Source: a virus (Duplodnaviria > Caudoviricetes). Taken from it: a stretch of 26,912 bases of DNA. Positions 25,468 to 26,912 of this stretch are shown in pieces; the first letter of the stretch is position 1; each line of letters begins with the position of its first letter. The position numbers and the translations under genes were made by a program. A model generated the notes under the pieces. It saw nothing but the letters and a program-made list of their open reading frames with translations. It ran no database searches and was not told the origin of the DNA. The DNA lies in IMG/VR virus record IMGVR_UViG_3300020151_000838, positions 1 to 26,912 of that record, one strand, 5' to 3'.

Positions 25468-25775
25468 AATATATATACACAATAGAGCGGTTGAAAAATA
25501 AAAAAGGAGAGGCTAGTTTTGCGTTTTCTAAAATGTTAGTAATTAGAGAAACTATCAAATATATCTACGCTAAAAATAACGTTTGCAATGCCAGATTCTC
25601 AAAAAAACGAAAATCAGAGACAAGTTATAAGAACGATTTCGGGAAGCAAATAGTACCTTATGAAAACTATCGTTATCTACTAAATCAGGATATTGAACTG
25701 AAAATAAGTTATCACGAGGATTGTATAAAAAGCCTTAAAGACTCAATATTACCAGAGCAGGAGGTCACAGAATGA
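25464..25775 (+). CDS. Hypothetical protein, paralogue 2 (MKYIY...EVTE)
   Basis: ATGA overlap, GAGGT RBS. Confidence 0.7.
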   Translation: MKYIYTIERLKNKKGEASFAFSKMLVIRETIKYIYAKNNVCNARFSKKRKSETSYKNDFGKQIVPYENYRYLLNQDIELKISYHEDCIKSLKDSILPEQEVTE

Positions 25776-26131
25776 AATATATATACGCTAGAGTCGGGAA
25801 AGCATTAAGAGTTAAGAGGTTAAGCGTCACAGAGGAAACTTCCAGCACAATAACAGCGATTACAGACGATGGGAGTGTTAGAGTTTTTGATAAACAAACG
25901 CAAGTGGCTTTTCATTACTCAGTGAAATCAAGTATCAACGCATCTGTTTTGGATGATTATGCAAATCTTCGTATTATTTCTTATGATGAATATAGAACTA
26001 TGAGAAATGGATTGATAAACGTAAAAATAAAAGCGTTACATGAAGAGAGGTTATTTATGCAGAAACGGAATTGGGAGCTTGTGAGAGCGTTACAAACGGA
26101 GTTGCTACCAGAGCAGGAGGTCGCAGAATGA
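25772..26131 (+). CDS. Hypothetical protein, paralogue 3 (MKYIY...EVAE)
   Basis: ATGA overlap, GGAGGT RBS. Confidence 0.7.
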   Translation: MKYIYARVGKALRVKRLSVTEETSSTITAITDDGSVRVFDKQTQVAFHYSVKSSINASVLDDYANLRIISYDEYRTMRNGLINVKIKALHEERLFMQKRNWELVRALQTELLPEQEVAE

Positions 26132-26469
26132 GATTGACTCACATCAACCGCATAGTGTCAGAGCATTTCGGCATAAGTAGCGAATCCTTACAAACAGAGG
26201 ATATTAAGCCTAATATAATACCTAGATATATTGCTATGTATTTTATGCGAGAATTAGCTAATGAAACTTATGTATCCATAGATGAGTTTTACAGCAAAAA
26301 AGGAAGGTTAAAGCAAAGAGCTAATTACGCTAATAAATATATGAAAGAAAGAATAAAAGACCCACGAGAGGTTTTACTTCAAATTACAATGGCGCACTTA
26401 GAAGAGCTGTTAGTGGGCTCTTGGGAGTTGCAGAAATTAAGTTTAGATGGCTTAGAAAGTGGAAAGTAA
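26128..26469 (+). CDS. DnaA C-terminal (domain IV)-like HTH protein
   Basis: Likely start ATG at 26128. INRIVSEHFGISSESL...IIPRYIAMYFMRELANETYVSI matches the DnaA domain IV pattern. Confidence 0.75.
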   Translation: MRLTHINRIVSEHFGISSESLQTEDIKPNIIPRYIAMYFMRELANETYVSIDEFYSKKGRLKQRANYANKYMKERIKDPREVLLQITMAHLEELLVGSWELQKLSLDGLESGK

Positions 26470-26761
26470 ATTTGGCGAATGGTTAAGAAGAGAGCGGTTA
26501 GCATCTGGCGTGACTTTAAGAGCGTTCGCAATACAGGCAGGTATATCAGCAACGTACTTATCAAAGATAGAGCGTGGGGAATTTAAGCCTCCATCAGAGG
26601 CGGTAATAAAGCGAATATGCGTTTTGCTAAGAGTAAATCCTGACTATGGGTTAGCGATGGCTGGTAAAGTGTCATCTGATTTAATAGATATTATTATTGC
26701 AAACCCTGTTGATTATGGGAATTTCCTAAGGCATCACTTCCGACAACTTAGCGTTAAATAG
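26459..26761 (+). CDS. XRE-family transcriptional regulator
   Basis: FGEWLRRERLASGVTLRAFA..AGISATYLSKIERGEFKPPSE. Confidence 0.85.
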   Translation: MESKFGEWLRRERLASGVTLRAFAIQAGISATYLSKIERGEFKPPSEAVIKRICVLLRVNPDYGLAMAGKVSSDLIDIIIANPVDYGNFLRHHFRQLSVK

Positions 26762-26912
26762 TGAGCGTATCTAGTGCTACATGAACTATTGCATAGTGGG
26801 CGAAAGTGGGAAAATCAGTGGGAATTTAAAAATACGACAACAAAAATCGTAAAACGACAAGTTTAATCGTGCATTGGTTCTTTTAGTGGTTCGCTATTTT
26901 AATTTTGAGCCA

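Noticed and set aside
1-26912. Stop-codon reassignment
   Set aside because: Core genes are full length under the standard code, and TAA, TAG and TGA all serve as stops with tight gene packing.

Overview
A contiguous 26.9-kb segment of a tailed dsDNA phage genome, AT-rich and podovirus-like in layout. The SSB sequence suggests an alphaproteobacterial host. Positions 1-16948 (+) are the late operon: large terminase (5'-truncated), P22-like portal, scaffold, major capsid behind a structured leader, adaptor, fibre and tail proteins, three probable ejection proteins, a LamG-like protein and a lysis module with an M15 peptidase. Positions 16949-17630 are a repeat- and dyad-rich segment followed by a DUF1353-like gene with its own promoter. 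Positions 18136-23617 (-) are a leftward early operon with Sak/Rad52, YqaJ-like exonuclease, SSB, a NinB-like fusion, a GNAT and small ORFs. Positions 23783-26761 (+) are a rightward early operon with a Cro-like HTH, RusA-like, DUF1828-like, three tandem paralogues, a DnaA-domain-IV-like protein and an XRE regulator. No integrase, cI-like gene, polymerase or helicase is visible. The most unusual locus is 20210-20989 (-): an Sm/LSm-like gene translationally coupled to a Ser-Arg/Ser-Gly hexamer-repeat peptide, followed by a ~134-nt tRNA-like RNA with two T-loops. Early genes are also delimited by repeated junction sequences suggesting exchangeable cassettes. All family calls come from motif recognition by eye, not from database searches.
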